A stretch of 64,000 bases of DNA. It comes from an uncultured Candidatus Saccharibacteria bacterium (GTDB lineage: Bacteria > Patescibacteriota > Minisyncoccia > Phycocordibacterales > UBA2100). The stretch lies in contig CAYSUJ010000001.1 of assembly GCA_964434285.1 (NCBI GenBank), positions 168,703 through 232,702 of the forward strand, written 5' to 3'. Positions 25,933 through 35,648 of this stretch are shown piece after piece (the stretch's first letter is position 1; every line of letters begins with the position of its first letter). A model generated the notes under the pieces. The model had not been told where the DNA came from. It saw nothing but the letters and a program-made list of their open reading frames with translations, and ran no database searches. A program made the translations under genes and the position numbers.

Positions 25933-27942
25933 ATGGGCACCATGCTTTCTGAAATCAACGGCTACAAAACTAAGCCCGAGTGGTTCATCGGCAAAGGCAC
26001 TTTTGGTTCTGTATACAAGGCTGAAAAGGACGGTAAATTTTACGCTATCAAAGTATTCCAGTCGGAATTACTGCAAACGGAATACAGGTCTCGTATTGAT
26101 CAGGAAATCAAAGCAATACAGAAGATTTCACACCCGAACGTCGTGAAGCTCCACGACTATGGCACGTTCAAGGAGAACGACTTTGAGTACTTCTACACAG
26201 TGATGGATTTAGTTGAGGGACAACCGTTGAGTGATTTTGTTGGCACAGTAAACGAAGAGCGTAGTATTGAAATTATTGAATCCATATTGGATACAAACAC
26301 TTCCGTGCATGCGACCGGCATCATCCATCGTGATCTGAAGCCTGCGAATATCATGATCGATAAAAGTGGAACGCCCATCATCCTTGATTTCGGACTTGCG
26401 AAACTGATCGATTACAGTTCGATTACACAAACCGGCGAACGTGTCGGCACGTACTATTACATGTCGCCGGAACAAGTGACTGACAGTAAAAATATTGACG
26501 AGCGATCGGATTACTTCGCAGTCGGTATTATTTTCTACGAAATGCTTACAGGCGTGACTCCATACGACGCGACAAATCTGCCGGCACTCATCGACCAGAT
26601 AAAGAACGTATACCCGAAAAATCCTTCGGAGCGAAACGCGAGCATCACTAATCAGACCGAGAATGTGATCCTGCGCTTGCTCGAAAAAGCACCTCATCGA
26701 CGATTTCAAAATACCGCCGATGTCGTAAACGCTCTCAAAGAGATTCCGGAGGAGCGGCCAAAGAAACTTGATCTTTCAACGCGATATTTTGTTCGTCTCC
26801 AACATACAGAAAAAACACTGTTCGAAGACGCACTGAAAGCCAACTTGATTGACCGCGTTATCTTTCCCGCAAATTTCTTCAAGTTCTATCACCACACCGT
26901 GGACGTGTTGCGGAATTCAAAGATCCCGTTCACCACTGATCCGGCCACAAACCGATTGACATACACCGCTTTCTCAAAAACAGCGGGCGTTCAGGAACTT
27001 CCTTATTCCTCCGGGGACGAGGTGACGCCGATACAAAAGAAACATTTCCACTCCATCACTCAGGTCCAAGAGTTCGTTGCAAAAGTAATCACATTTCAGA
27101 TAACGAACGGCGTTACCGAACTTGCCGCGCCTTTCTTTTTTGCAAAAGACTCCGATGATGACTGGTTTAGTATCGACCTGAAACTGCTCAAAGAAGCAAT
27201 CGCGTACCGCGACCAACACCATCCTGACATGCCAATCTGGGGAGGAATCTGCATGAATGTTGAGAATTGGCACGACGACGAAGAGAAGAACAAAATCCTG
27301 AACCACTATGTAAAAGCGGCTCCCGATGGCTTCTTTGTATACGGCGATCCGATCGGCAACCAATCGAACCTGACCCAGTTGTTCCACTACGGCGATCTCC
27401 TCAAAAAATTACAAGCATCGGCCCAAGTCCCGGTAATCGCTTGCCGTGTAAACGGTCTCGGTCTCATTTATTACAGCAACGGTGTTTCTGGTCTCTCATC
27501 AGGCATTGCCGCGCTCGATAACTTCCGAGAAGGAATTTTATCCGATACCCAAGACGGATATTCGATGGATCCTCGCTACTATGTTCCCGAACTTCTTACG
27601 ATGGTCTCGCTCAAAAAAGGCGTCACGACAAAACTCAAAGACCTTGCCAATTCCAGTGTCGGTAAGAACTTTTCCTGCAAATGCCCACATTGCAAAGGCA
27701 TCCTTACCTCCGCGTCACTCTCGACGCGAGCGATGAAATTGCACTTTTTACATGTGCGTCGTGCGGAATTGGCGGAACTAGAGGCGCTCAAGCCCGAGGA
27801 ACGCCTGGACCACATGGAAAAACGAGTTGCGCAGGCAATCAGCTACAGTAAAACCTTATCGAAGGAAAATATTGAGGTCGGTGATTTCTCGCATCTTGGC
27901 ATGTGGCTCACTCTGATCCAGCAATTCAAGAAGCATAGCTGA
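25933..27942 (+). CDS. Hanks-type Ser/Thr kinase fused to an alpha/beta (TGT-like) domain with a CxCxxC..H Zn site
   Basis: IGKGTFGSVY, AIK, HRDLKPAN, DFG, YMSPE intact; C-terminal ~385 aa with TDP, RYYVPELL and CKCPHC-x16-H. Confidence 0.9.
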   Translation: MGTMLSEINGYKTKPEWFIGKGTFGSVYKAEKDGKFYAIKVFQSELLQTEYRSRIDQEIKAIQKISHPNVVKLHDYGTFKENDFEYFYTVMDLVEGQPLSDFVGTVNEERSIEIIESILDTNTSVHATGIIHRDLKPANIMIDKSGTPIILDFGLAKLIDYSSITQTGERVGTYYYMSPEQVTDSKNIDERSDYFAVGIIFYEMLTGVTPYDATNLPALIDQIKNVYPKNPSERNASITNQTENVILRLLEKAPHRRFQNTADVVNALKEIPEERPKKLDLSTRYFVRLQHTEKTLFEDALKANLIDRVIFPANFFKFYHHTVDVLRNSKIPFTTDPATNRLTYTAFSKTAGVQELPYSSGDEVTPIQKKHFHSITQVQEFVAKVITFQITNGVTELAAPFFFAKDSDDDWFSIDLKLLKEAIAYRDQHHPDMPIWGGICMNVENWHDDEEKNKILNHYVKAAPDGFFVYGDPIGNQSNLTQLFHYGDLLKKLQASAQVPVIACRVNGLGLIYYSNGVSGLSSGIAALDNFREGILSDTQDGYSMDPRYYVPELLTMVSLKKGVTTKLKDLANSSVGKNFSCKCPHCKGILTSASLSTRAMKLHFLHVRRAELAELEALKPEERLDHMEKRVAQAISYSKTLSKENIEVGDFSHLGMWLTLIQQFKKHS

Positions 27943-28582
27943 TGTACCTGTTCAACATCATCTCCTTAGCGTAGAGACTGACCGTGGTCTCGTAATTTTG
28001 GTTCACGGGTTGAGGATGTCGTATTTCAATTTCATTTGTCTTTTCGTCAAAAAGAATGAGCCCAATGTTGTGTCTATTGAATTCGTCAAAATCGATATTC
28101 TTTTCGGCTTCTTTTAGAATGGCAAGGTAACTCTCATCTGCAAAATATTGATAGCGACGAGCTTGAACCAAACCGCCGCGATGATCGTTCAACTTGACCT
28201 CAACAGCAATAATTTTTTGAATCGGGTTGAACGACTCTTCAATGGTCCGAATATATGCATCGTCAACTTTTGCGAGATATTCATTAGCAAGTAACACTCG
28301 TAGCTGCTTTTGCATATCCCTCGCATCACTGTTTGGAAATATTTCCAGTAGTTCACCGAAGGAATATATCCGCTCATTCTCCAAACCAAGCAACAATTGA
28401 AGACTACCAAAGCTGGTTAGTGGCGTACGATCAATGATTTTCTTTTTGAATGAGAAATCCGGCGCAAATACGAGATCAGCGATGCCGTAGCCTGCGGAGA
28501 ATTCATGAAACGCAAGATTGGTACCGAATTCTTTTTTCAGAATTCGATCAAGCTTATCAACGAGTGCCCTTTCGTTGCGCAT
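27926..28582 (-). CDS. PD-(D/E)XK nuclease-fold protein (MmcB/sce7726-like) with inserted winged-helix-like segment
   Basis: E...EFSAGYGIADLV...[~80 aa insert]...AVEVKL...GLVQARRYQYFADESYL...IGLI. Confidence 0.75.
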   Translation of the reverse strand: MRNERALVDKLDRILKKEFGTNLAFHEFSAGYGIADLVFAPDFSFKKKIIDRTPLTSFGSLQLLLGLENERIYSFGELLEIFPNSDARDMQKQLRVLLANEYLAKVDDAYIRTIEESFNPIQKIIAVEVKLNDHRGGLVQARRYQYFADESYLAILKEAEKNIDFDEFNRHNIGLILFDEKTNEIEIRHPQPVNQNYETTVSLYAKEMMLNRYISYAS

Positions 28583-28651
28583 GGTCGTAATGATAAGTGT
28601 AAATGATAAACGACGCATGAAATGCTTTACTAAAACCGAGTGTGTATAACG

Positions 28652-29164
28652 TCAGGGTTTTCTGGTCTTTATATACTCGCGGTATGCCAGCATACAACCC
28701 TCTGTAAATTCTTGTGGCCGCTCGTTCATCCATTTCTCCAGCTCCTCCGCTGGTATCCACCGAACTTCTGAGACTTCGTCGAGATCAGGATGTACTTCGC
28801 CATCATAAACACCTCTATAGACGCGATTAAAGCGTTTCTTGCCTCGCGCTTCATCGGTTTCCTCTTTGTAGTAATAGCCAATTTCCGTAAGCGGAACTCC
28901 TTCAACTCCGACTTCTTCTTTCAATTCACGATATGCAGCTTCTTCGTAAGTCTCTCCATGATCCACATGTCCGGCGGCCGATTGGTCCCACTTGTCAGGA
29001 TTAGAGAAGATATGCGGGCCTCGCTTCTGCATCAATACTTCTCCCTTTGAGTTGATCAAGAACACACGGGCTATTCGATGTCGGATACCTTTCTCAAGCG
29101 CCTCTTGTTTCGTACCGCCACCGAGGATATTATCGTTTTCGTCTACAAAGGTGATGTCTGTCAT
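28652..29164 (-). CDS. NUDIX hydrolase (IDI-like)
   Basis: HR..VFL, GHVDHGETYEEAAYRELKEEVG. Confidence 0.92.
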   Translation of the reverse strand: MTDITFVDENDNILGGGTKQEALEKGIRHRIARVFLINSKGEVLMQKRGPHIFSNPDKWDQSAAGHVDHGETYEEAAYRELKEEVGVEGVPLTEIGYYYKEETDEARGKKRFNRVYRGVYDGEVHPDLDEVSEVRWIPAEELEKWMNERPQEFTEGCMLAYREYIKTRKP

Positions 29165-29167
29165 ATA

Positions 29168-29755
29168 CTAAGCGCGAGAATTGAAAATAGCTTTTAATTC
29201 TGTTTTCTTTTGAGGATCGGCAAGTGCGGCAAGGATAAGAGGCACAACCTCACGCTCAGCGAAGTTGTCTTGTGTTCCGACCGCAAGAAACTCGTCGAAT
29301 GAGACCGGGTAGAGTTCGATCTTCTCACCTGCATCAGGATTCATGTCCGCGACTTTCTTCACCCCTTTTGCAATGAACGTGTATACAGCCCAATCAATCT
29401 TTCCAACTGGCTGTTGTGCATTCCACAAAACAAATTCTTCAGCTTCGTATCCCGTTTCTTCAAGCATCTCACGACGTGCCGCCTCGATCGGTTCTTCTCC
29501 ACTTTCCATGCGACCACCCGCACCGCCGATAAACGAGAGTTTACCCGGCTGTTCTTGTTTCGTGAGCAAGATCTTCCCATTGGGTAATACTGGAAATACG
29601 ATCACTGTGTCCGGACGTTTTACCTTTTCAAATGTCGCTTTCGTGCCATCAAACATCTCTTGCTCCCATTGGTACACATCGAAAAGCCTTCCCTTAAATG
29701 CGAGCTTGGCGTTCGAGGGGATTGGCTGCTTAGATTCTGGTCGCGGGATTTTCAT
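29168..29755 (-). CDS. NUDIX hydrolase (ADP-ribose pyrophosphatase-like)
   Basis: GGRMESGEEPIEAARREMLEETGY. Confidence 0.92.
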   Translation of the reverse strand: MKIPRPESKQPIPSNAKLAFKGRLFDVYQWEQEMFDGTKATFEKVKRPDTVIVFPVLPNGKILLTKQEQPGKLSFIGGAGGRMESGEEPIEAARREMLEETGYEAEEFVLWNAQQPVGKIDWAVYTFIAKGVKKVADMNPDAGEKIELYPVSFDEFLAVGTQDNFAEREVVPLILAALADPQKKTELKAIFNSRA

Positions 29756-29756
29756 A

Positions 29757-30140
29757 TCACAGATTCGCATCAAGAAAGGCCTTTAGTGCTTTCAGGTCTC
29801 GTTTCTCTTGGTCGAAATGATACGACGATATGCCGACTGCTTCTGCGCTTTTGACGGCTGCCGGATTATGCTCGAAGTAGACCACATTGTCTGCAGTCAA
29901 GTTGAAGTGTTTTAGCATTTTCTCGAAGTATGCAGAGTCAGTCTTCTCCGGATCATGTTTGAGGGTAAAGACTTCGTATGGCATCTGATCGAGCCCGAAT
30001 TTCTTGAATTGTTCGTCGTTCGCCCCAGTGAGAATGATTTTCCGATTCGAGTACGCTTCCAACAGGTCGTACATCTTCTTGAAAATCTCTCCGGTATCCG
30101 AGACAAAGCAGTCTACCGCATCAACGAGGATGGTTTTCAT
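29757..30140 (-). CDS. HAD-like protein
   Basis: ILVDAVD motif I, ILTG, K, degenerate motif IV (YFEH), SAEAVGI. Confidence 0.75.
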   Translation of the reverse strand: MKTILVDAVDCFVSDTGEIFKKMYDLLEAYSNRKIILTGANDEQFKKFGLDQMPYEVFTLKHDPEKTDSAYFEKMLKHFNLTADNVVYFEHNPAAVKSAEAVGISSYHFDQEKRDLKALKAFLDANL

Positions 30141-30913
30141 ACAACAAATGAATCAATCCACCTCAAGAAAATCTCTCTTATTTCGGCAAGATGTTTCGGA
30201 TCACGGAAGGTGTGCGGCGCATCTTTGATTATTTGCATTTCCTTTTGGCCAGGCAACGCATCGAACAATGCTTTCTGATGTTCGGGAGGCGTCGAATCAT
30301 CGACATCACCAACTATAAGAAGCACTGGCATAGTCAGATTTTCCACGTCCGGTAGAAGATCGTATTTCAAGCGATCAGTCATATGCGACCATTTAAGCCG
30401 CTTTATCCGCCCCGGTTCGCTGACACTTTCTTCCTCTCGCCAGCCGGTTCGCCCCCATTCATCAGCAACCTTCTTGTGTTTATCCGTCTGTGCGCTGAGT
30501 GCACCCGAAACAACTGTTGAGATTGGTGCAAGTGCCTGTACCTTTTCCGGATGCTTTTCTGCATAAAGCGCTGTTGAGATGCCGCCAAGACTGTGTCCAG
30601 CAAGTGCAAATGGCTCTTGGTACCACGACTGCGTTCCGGCCCACGCGATTACATCTTCAAGGTCTTCGTAATAGTTCGTAGTGGTCGCGTCGCTGTAATC
30701 GCCGTCGCTTTCGCCGAAGGTATTTGTCGTGTCAAAACGGATCGCGGTAAACCCTTTCTCAAGAAATGCGTGAGCGAAAGTCTCAATATGCGGCTGTTCC
30801 TTGAATCCTCCGAGGCCGTGCATTACAAAGGCTAATCCTTTCTGGTTGTCTGCCTTTTCGAGTATGATCGCCATTTTCTGCCCTTTTCGGTTTTGGATGA
30901 ACAGCTTTTCCAT
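30137..30913 (-). CDS. alpha/beta hydrolase
   Basis: HGLGG, GHSLGG nucleophile elbow, GDVDD, PHTF. Confidence 0.92.
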   Translation of the reverse strand: MEKLFIQNRKGQKMAIILEKADNQKGLAFVMHGLGGFKEQPHIETFAHAFLEKGFTAIRFDTTNTFGESDGDYSDATTTNYYEDLEDVIAWAGTQSWYQEPFALAGHSLGGISTALYAEKHPEKVQALAPISTVVSGALSAQTDKHKKVADEWGRTGWREEESVSEPGRIKRLKWSHMTDRLKYDLLPDVENLTMPVLLIVGDVDDSTPPEHQKALFDALPGQKEMQIIKDAPHTFRDPKHLAEIREIFLRWIDSFVV

Positions 30914-30975
30914 ACCCGCCAGCATACCGTTTTCGGGATAAAGCGCCAATACGCTTTACTTGCTAGAATGGCTGC

Positions 30976-31545
30976 ATGGAAACAGAATATGAGGCGAAAT
31001 TTCTCAATGTTGACAAAGACGAAGTTCGGACACGATTGAAGACAGTCGGAGCAACGCTCAAGCGACCGGAATTCGCACAGCGCAGATGGGTTTTTGATTT
31101 ACCTTCCGCTATCCATTCAAGAAATGTTTTTGCTCGCGTGCGCGACGAGGGTGGTATTGTCACGATTACGTGGAAAGAATTCTCCGGTACCGAAGTTGAT
31201 CACCCAAAAGAAATCGAGATAATCGCCGACGATTTTGATAAGGCAGTGGCATTAGTAAAAGCACTCGGTTGCACTCCACGCTCCTATCAGGAAAACCGCC
31301 GCGAGCTTTGGCATCTCGATAATGCGAAAATCACGATTGATTCATGGCCATTCTTCGAACCGTTCGTGGAAGTCGAGGGTACTTCCGAGGAAGACATGAA
31401 GGAGGCATCGGAAAAGGCGGGTTTTGATTGGTCGCAAGCTCTCTTTTGCGGTGTGAGTAAGCTTTTTCAGAAACGATATGGCGAGCATGTCCATATCCGC
31501 GAAATGCCAAGGCTCACCTTTGATATGCCAAACCCATTCGTATAA
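30976..31545 (+). CDS. CYTH-domain (class IV adenylate cyclase/triphosphate tunnel) protein
   Basis: EYEAKF, RVRDEG, K, ENRRE, ID.WP, VEVEG. Confidence 0.9.
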   Translation: METEYEAKFLNVDKDEVRTRLKTVGATLKRPEFAQRRWVFDLPSAIHSRNVFARVRDEGGIVTITWKEFSGTEVDHPKEIEIIADDFDKAVALVKALGCTPRSYQENRRELWHLDNAKITIDSWPFFEPFVEVEGTSEEDMKEASEKAGFDWSQALFCGVSKLFQKRYGEHVHIREMPRLTFDMPNPFV

Positions 31546-31742
31546 ATCTTCGCAAGTACAATCACCGGAAAAGCCCTGCGTTGCGACAAAATGCCCCTGT
31601 GCGCGATTAAACCGTCCTTCTCTAACTCAATGTTAAAAGTCCACGTATTTGGCGCGTTGCGACCTCTGGGTCAGGGAATGCTTTAGCCCAATCGTACGTT
31701 CTGAACGCAACCTGCCAAGCGAGCAAGGTGTTGGTGTGAAAG

Positions 31743-31777
31743 CGACCCATCCCCGTCCGAAAGGACGGGGATGGTCG
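31743..31777 (+). terminator. long GAAA-capped hairpin
   Basis: cgacccatccccgtcc-gaaa-ggacggggatggtcg followed by tttgtt. Confidence 0.55.
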
Positions 31778-31816
31778 TTTGTTGCCGTCGCAAGAGCATG
31801 GAAGTATGCTGCAGCG

Positions 31817-32254
31817 ATGGCAGCGACCAAACACGCTCCAATATCCGAAGAGGCCGTCAAACGCGCCGTAATCAAGTTTCTGACCAACAAGGGCTGGAGC
31901 AAGAATCTCGATTACAACGACCTTCGCGTGCATGGAGTGGATATAAAAGTGACGAATGCAAAATATCGACGAACTTTCTTCATTGAAGTTAAGGGTTCCT
32001 CAAACGGCAGAAGCGGCGCGGAAGTGGCTTTCGTGTACTCTTTGGGACAGATCGTCACCCGAATGAAAAGTCTGAAAGCTCGATATTATTTCGGGATAGC
32101 GCTCCCTACTCAAGCAGCCTCGATAGCTCTCAGACGTATCCCTTACCAATTTGCGATAACGACCTGCCTCCATGTCTTTTCCGTTGATGTTAAGGGGGTA
32201 GTGACGTGGTACAAACCAGCAGATATCAAACGGCTACAACTGATGAAATCGTGA
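31817..32254 (+). CDS. stand-alone PD-(D/E)XK endonuclease-like protein
   Basis: SEEAVK..VIKFL..KGW, GVDI, FIEVKG, LGQIVTRM. Confidence 0.75.
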   Translation: MAATKHAPISEEAVKRAVIKFLTNKGWSKNLDYNDLRVHGVDIKVTNAKYRRTFFIEVKGSSNGRSGAEVAFVYSLGQIVTRMKSLKARYYFGIALPTQAASIALRRIPYQFAITTCLHVFSVDVKGVVTWYKPADIKRLQLMKS

Positions 32255-32260
32255 GTCTCA

Positions 32261-33882
32261 CTATTTCATTGCCTTATTTGAGATGCCGAAAAATCGGTCA
32301 AAGAAGCCTGTGAGCTTGTTGAGAACGGTCTCCCGCTTCTGTGAACGCTCGCCGCTCGCTGAGAAGCGAGACACCGGCGGCAACACCTTCGTGAGCGCTG
32401 TCCCCGTGGTAGCGACGGCACCATCTCGGAAGGCATTTTGGACGAACGCGTAGGTGGCGTCATGGTCAAGGTTCTCGTCCTTGATGATTTGATCCAGTTC
32501 TTCTATCTTTTTTTCCTCAACATACCTTTGCCAATCCTCGTCGACCACAGAATTCGCATCGAGTGACGAGATGAACTTATTGATGAGGTCTTTCTTGTTG
32601 CGCAGCTCGACACTCGAATCAATTGCTTTGTTGATGTCGATCAGGAGCTCTTTATTCTTGGTATGGTCTTCGTGGTACTTCTTGATGAGGGCGAGGATGT
32701 AATCGATATTTATCTCAATCTGCTTAATGAGCTCCATCTCGAACACCAGATCGTCGTTGATGTTTTCCTTTTCCTTGTCGAGGCTTGTGCGAAACTCGTT
32801 GTACAGATCGATGTACATGCTGTGGTAATCCTGTAAGTCTCTCGCGGAGAGTATTTCGTTCCCTACAAACTGATCGAAGGTCACCAAGATATTCCGCACA
32901 CGCAAGACAGCACCGTACAGTTTGATGAAGTCCTTCTGGTTCTGTTCACCCATGATGCGCTCGCCCACAGGGAACTTCGCCAAGAGCTCATCAACCAAGC
33001 TCTTATATCCGCGCACTTCCTTGTTGCGCTCTTTGTAGCCGTTGTAGTAATCCTCATACGCCTTAAGCAACACAATGCCGCTCGCTTCTTTGTCGCCAAA
33101 GAGCGCAATTGCTTCATTCGTCGCTTTCTCCAGGTTGCGGAAACAGACAATATTTCCAAAGGTTTTTATGCTGTTGAGGATGCGATTAGTTCGAGAATAT
33201 GCCTGCAGTAATCCATGGAGTCGCAGATTCTTGTCTACCCATAGGGTGTTGAGCGTCGTCGCATCAAAGCCCGTTAGAAACATGTTGACCACGATGAGGA
33301 TATCAACCTCGCGATTCTTCACGCGCTCGCTCACATCCTTGTAATAGTTCTGGAACTTGTCAGACGAGGTGTCATAAGACGTGCCGAACATTTCGTTGTA
33401 GTCGGTAATGGCGCTCTCCAAGAAGTCCCGCGAGCTCGCATCAAGCCCGCTGGTGTCTTCGGAGTTTTCATCGATCATTCCGTCAGCATCCTCATCATTA
33501 ACCCCGAAGCTGAAGATCGTTGCAATCTTTAATTTCTTGTCACTCGGCACCTCTGCAAGCTGTTTTTTGAACTCCGCATAATATTTCTTAGCGACATCAA
33601 TGGAAGATACGGCGAAGATTGAATTGAAGCCCGCGAGCCGTCGATCTTTCAGCTTGTAAAAGCTATTGCGCTTCGTCTTTTGGTCGAAGTGTTCACGTAT
33701 ATAGCGCACGATATTCTCGAGTCGTTCCGGTGAGGCGAGAGCAGCTTCACGATCGATACCACTCACTTGTTTGTCCTCTATGTCTTCCGCTTCACGGATG
33801 GTGGAGACGTAATCTACCTTGAAAGGCAGCACATTTTTATCCGCGATGGCGTCCACAATCGTGTACGTGTGGAGTTTGGTGC
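32261..33882 (-). pseudogene. hsdR: type I restriction subunit HsdR, C-terminal half only (5' part replaced by IS3)
   Basis: KLHTYTIVDAIADKNVLPF, LIVVNMFLTGFDA, LLQAYSRTNR, EcoR124-like C-terminus; the frame hits the IS end at 33883. Confidence 0.9.
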
Positions 33883-33950
33883 TGACCCGAGTCCCAAATC
33901 TTAGACACGCTTTCTAGCGACACCATTATTCGCTAGCATACGTACCACGT

Positions 33951-34205
33951 ATGAAAAAGCATCGCATAGCTCCTGAGGTAAAGGAGCAGATTATCAATCG
34001 CATCAAAAACGAGGGGGTCTCGGTGCAACAGGCTGCCACAGAACATGGCGTCACGACATCCACAATATACGCCTGGATCGGGGCGAAGGTGGAAGGAGGT
34101 CCGTCAGTGATGGAGATCGCGAAACTCCGAAGGGAGAACGAAGAGCTCCTCAAGATGATCGGGATCCTCACCATGAAGCTCAGCGAGTCCCAAAAAAAGA
34201 AGTAG
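33951..34205 (+). CDS. IS3 transposase OrfA (HTH)
   Basis: SVQQAATEHGVTTSTIYAW, LRRENEELL; ends in an A AAA AAG slippery site whose -1 frame runs into orfB. Confidence 0.9.
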   Translation: MKKHRIAPEVKEQIINRIKNEGVSVQQAATEHGVTTSTIYAWIGAKVEGGPSVMEIAKLRRENEELLKMIGILTMKLSESQKKK

Positions 34206-34210
34206 CACGC

Positions 34211-35020
34211 ATGGACGCACTCACAAAGAGTGCGCGCGCAAAGCTTGTCGGTGTTTCTCGTGCCTCGCTCTACTACTACCACAAGATGGAGGACAAGGAT
34301 CACGCGCTCAGGCGTGATATTGAGGGTGTCTTGCGTACCCGCGCAGGGAGAAGCTACGGATACCGCCGTATAGCCGTCGCACTCCGCATCAACGAAAAGC
34401 GCGCACGCAGAGTCATGCGCAAGTTTGGCCTGAAGCCGTACCGAAGACGAGGCAAGAGATACTGCAGAGCAAAGCCGCAGAATGAAGTGTATCCGAACCT
34501 TCTTCAGTTGGTCACACCAGCGTATCCTGGCTGTGTCTGGGTTGCAGACTTTACCCATCTCAACTACCGAGGCATTGATGTATCGGTGGCCACGGTGCTC
34601 GATGTGTACTTGAGGAAGATTGTCGGCATCGCGGTGGGCACGAAGCACGGCGCGCCGCTCATTACAAGCGCCTTTGGCAACGCACTCCTCGCACACGGGA
34701 GACCGGCCATCTTCCACTCAGACAATGGTAGCGAGTATCATGCCGCATCGTTTCGCATGCTCCTTGTGAACCTCGACATCGCCATCTCATGCTCGAAGAA
34801 GGGCTGCCCGTGGGAGAATGGGTATCAAGAGAGTTTCTACGACAAGTTCAAGAACGATCTTGGCGACCCTTCACGCTTCAACTCACTGGGTGAACTCACT
34901 GCGGCAATCTACGAGACCATGCACGTCTACAATACCGAGCGCATTCATTCTGCGCTCAAGATGCCGCCACATCAATTTGCACTCGCGCACGCCGCTGCTA
35001 CACTACACACACGTCATTAG
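34211..35020 (+). CDS. IS3 transposase OrfB (DDE)
   Basis: YGYRRI, WVADFT, HSDNGSEY, ENGYQESF, YNTERIHSAL. Confidence 0.93.
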   Translation: MDALTKSARAKLVGVSRASLYYYHKMEDKDHALRRDIEGVLRTRAGRSYGYRRIAVALRINEKRARRVMRKFGLKPYRRRGKRYCRAKPQNEVYPNLLQLVTPAYPGCVWVADFTHLNYRGIDVSVATVLDVYLRKIVGIAVGTKHGAPLITSAFGNALLAHGRPAIFHSDNGSEYHAASFRMLLVNLDIAISCSKKGCPWENGYQESFYDKFKNDLGDPSRFNSLGELTAAIYETMHVYNTERIHSALKMPPHQFALAHAAATLHTRH

Positions 35021-35120
35021 AGAGCAGTGTCAGGAAAAAGGACTCACTGCACACTGACAAAAGCCCAACTCAAATTCATCGAAGGGGCTCTCGCGTGCAG
35101 GTTAAGTCCTGAGTCTCTGC

Positions 35121-35642
35121 TTATCGTGGAGTGGAGCTCATAATAGGAGTACTATTTTTCGTGCGAAGAAATTCTTGCATAGCGTTCAAAAAACCATGAG
35201 TGAATCTTTCCGGATCGGTGTTCAAAGACGCGATGACATTCGATACCGCCATCTTCTCAAGTGATTTAACTTCCTCGGTTTCCATAAATTTCCATCCCAC
35301 AGGAGCCATAGCCTCGTAAATAGCCCAGAAGTGGTTGAAGCGAGCATTTTCTGGCAGGAACGTGGAGACGTGCTTGATTGGAACGTCTAACCTTATTTCC
35401 TCAAACATCTCCCTCCGCGCCGCATCATCATACGATTCTCCCTTTCCGACATGCCCGCCGACTGCGAGATCGTACTTGCCGTACTTGTTGCTCGTTTGAA
35501 CGTAAAGGCTTCCGTCCGCATCAAAAACAAAAACCCCGACAATACGGTGCATGAGTTTTAGTTCGTGCGCCGTCGTCGCATCAGTCGTCCCGATCACGTT
35601 ATTGTTTTCGTCGACGATATCAATCTGCTCGGAATCAGCCAT
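35121..35642 (-). CDS. NUDIX hydrolase (IDI-like)
   Basis: GGHVGKGESYDDAARREMFEE. Confidence 0.9.
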   Translation of the reverse strand: MADSEQIDIVDENNNVIGTTDATTAHELKLMHRIVGVFVFDADGSLYVQTSNKYGKYDLAVGGHVGKGESYDDAARREMFEEIRLDVPIKHVSTFLPENARFNHFWAIYEAMAPVGWKFMETEEVKSLEKMAVSNVIASLNTDPERFTHGFLNAMQEFLRTKNSTPIMSSTPR

Positions 35643-35648
35643 ACACTT

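Larger units (their letters stand above)
33883..35051 (+). mobile_element. IS3-family insertion sequence (~1.17 kb)
   Basis: TG...CA ends with imperfect IRs (TGACCCGAGTCC...GACAC / GTGTC...GGACTCACTGCA); orfA+orfB layout. Confidence 0.9.
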
